The translations under genes and the position numbers were made by a program. From Amoebophrya sp. A120 (lineage: Eukaryota; Protista; Dinoflagellata), in NCBI GenBank assembly GCA_905178155.1, contig CAJINV010000001.1, positions 5,347,645-5,411,644 of the forward strand: DNA of 64,000 nt, written 5' to 3'. Numbering within the stretch: position 1 is the first letter of the stretch; each line of letters opens with the position of its first letter. Shown piece after piece: positions 63,351 to 64,000 of this stretch. Under the pieces are notes generated by a model. It searched no databases, was not told where the DNA came from, and was given only the letters and a program-made list of their open reading frames with translations.

Positions 63351-64000
63351 GGTTCGCGCCAGAACCAGGAAAATTCTCGTGGAATTCTTGCGCGCCCGGC
63401 GGAGAATTCCGCGAAATTTTTTGTGGCGAGAGTCTGACGCCGCCACCACTTTTGACGCCATACCGTCGTAGCTGGGCATCCAGCTTTGACGGTATGGCTG
63501 AAAATGTGACATGGGGCAAAAATGTGACATGTACACACGTCACATTTTTACCACGAGGGTATGGCCCAAGATGTGCCATCTGCCCACTTTTTGTGACATT
63601 TCGCGAACCACGAGGGTACGGTCCAAAATGTGACGCCGAGGCTGTTTTTTATAAAAAAGAAGAAGGCTTTTGCTGGTCCGGGCTTCGATACAGCTCCAAA
63701 CTTTTGGAGTTGTATCAAAATCCGGACCACCAAAAGAGCCACACGCTGTTTTCCCAAAAGAGCCACTGGCTCTCACAGTACTGTGAGAGCCAATGGTTCC
63801 TTTGGGGAAACAATGCCTGGCTCTTTTAGGCCGCGGGTTCGCGCCAGAACCAGGAAAATTCTCGTGGAATTCTTGCGCGCCCGGCGCAGAATTCCGCGAA
63901 ATTTTTTGTGGCGAGATTCTGACGCCGCCACCACTTTTGACGCCATACCGTCGTAGCTGGACATCCAGCTTTGACGGTATGGTTGAAAATGTGACATGGG
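63351..64000. repeat. Direct repeat with ~485-bp period made of serial hairpins (satellite- or foldback-like); continues past the window
   Basis: 63351-63515 recurs almost exactly at 63836-64000; five internal inverted repeats. Confidence 0.85.

Overview
Eukaryotic, gene-dense window. Every supported gene (14, one of them low-confidence) lies on the minus strand, forming a unidirectional block of about 62 kb. This layout, GKG-rich low-complexity protein tails and many non-canonical introns point to a dinoflagellate-lineage parasite, most likely Amoebophrya/Syndiniales (inference). Genes: a midasin-like multi-AAA+ ATPase (runs off the left edge), an ABCA transporter, a dual-specificity phosphatase, a CRAL-TRIO-like protein, three uridine-kinase paralogues (one fused to a ~2,750-aa repeat-rich extension), two secreted YHYH proteins, a glycosyltransferase-like protein, an MFSD13A/TMEM180-type transporter, S-formylglutathione hydrolase and hypotheticals. 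The main signal is eight 209-345 bp MITE-like elements from at least four TIR families, all inside coding sequence. They have TAT(C)...(G/A/C)ATA termini, ~25-30 bp inverted repeats, 5-bp target-site duplications and a shared internal GCATSACA motif. Removing each element plus one TSD copy restores the frame exactly (e.g. the PDTSPRG motif of the esterase), yet none can give a GT-AG intron. They behave as introner transposons. The window also shows apparent later stages: decayed-TIR introns, a canonical intron keeping a TIR-like start, and a possible +7 excision footprint. A ~485-bp repeat built from back-to-back hairpins sits at the upstream end of the block. Gene models were read by hand without RNA data.
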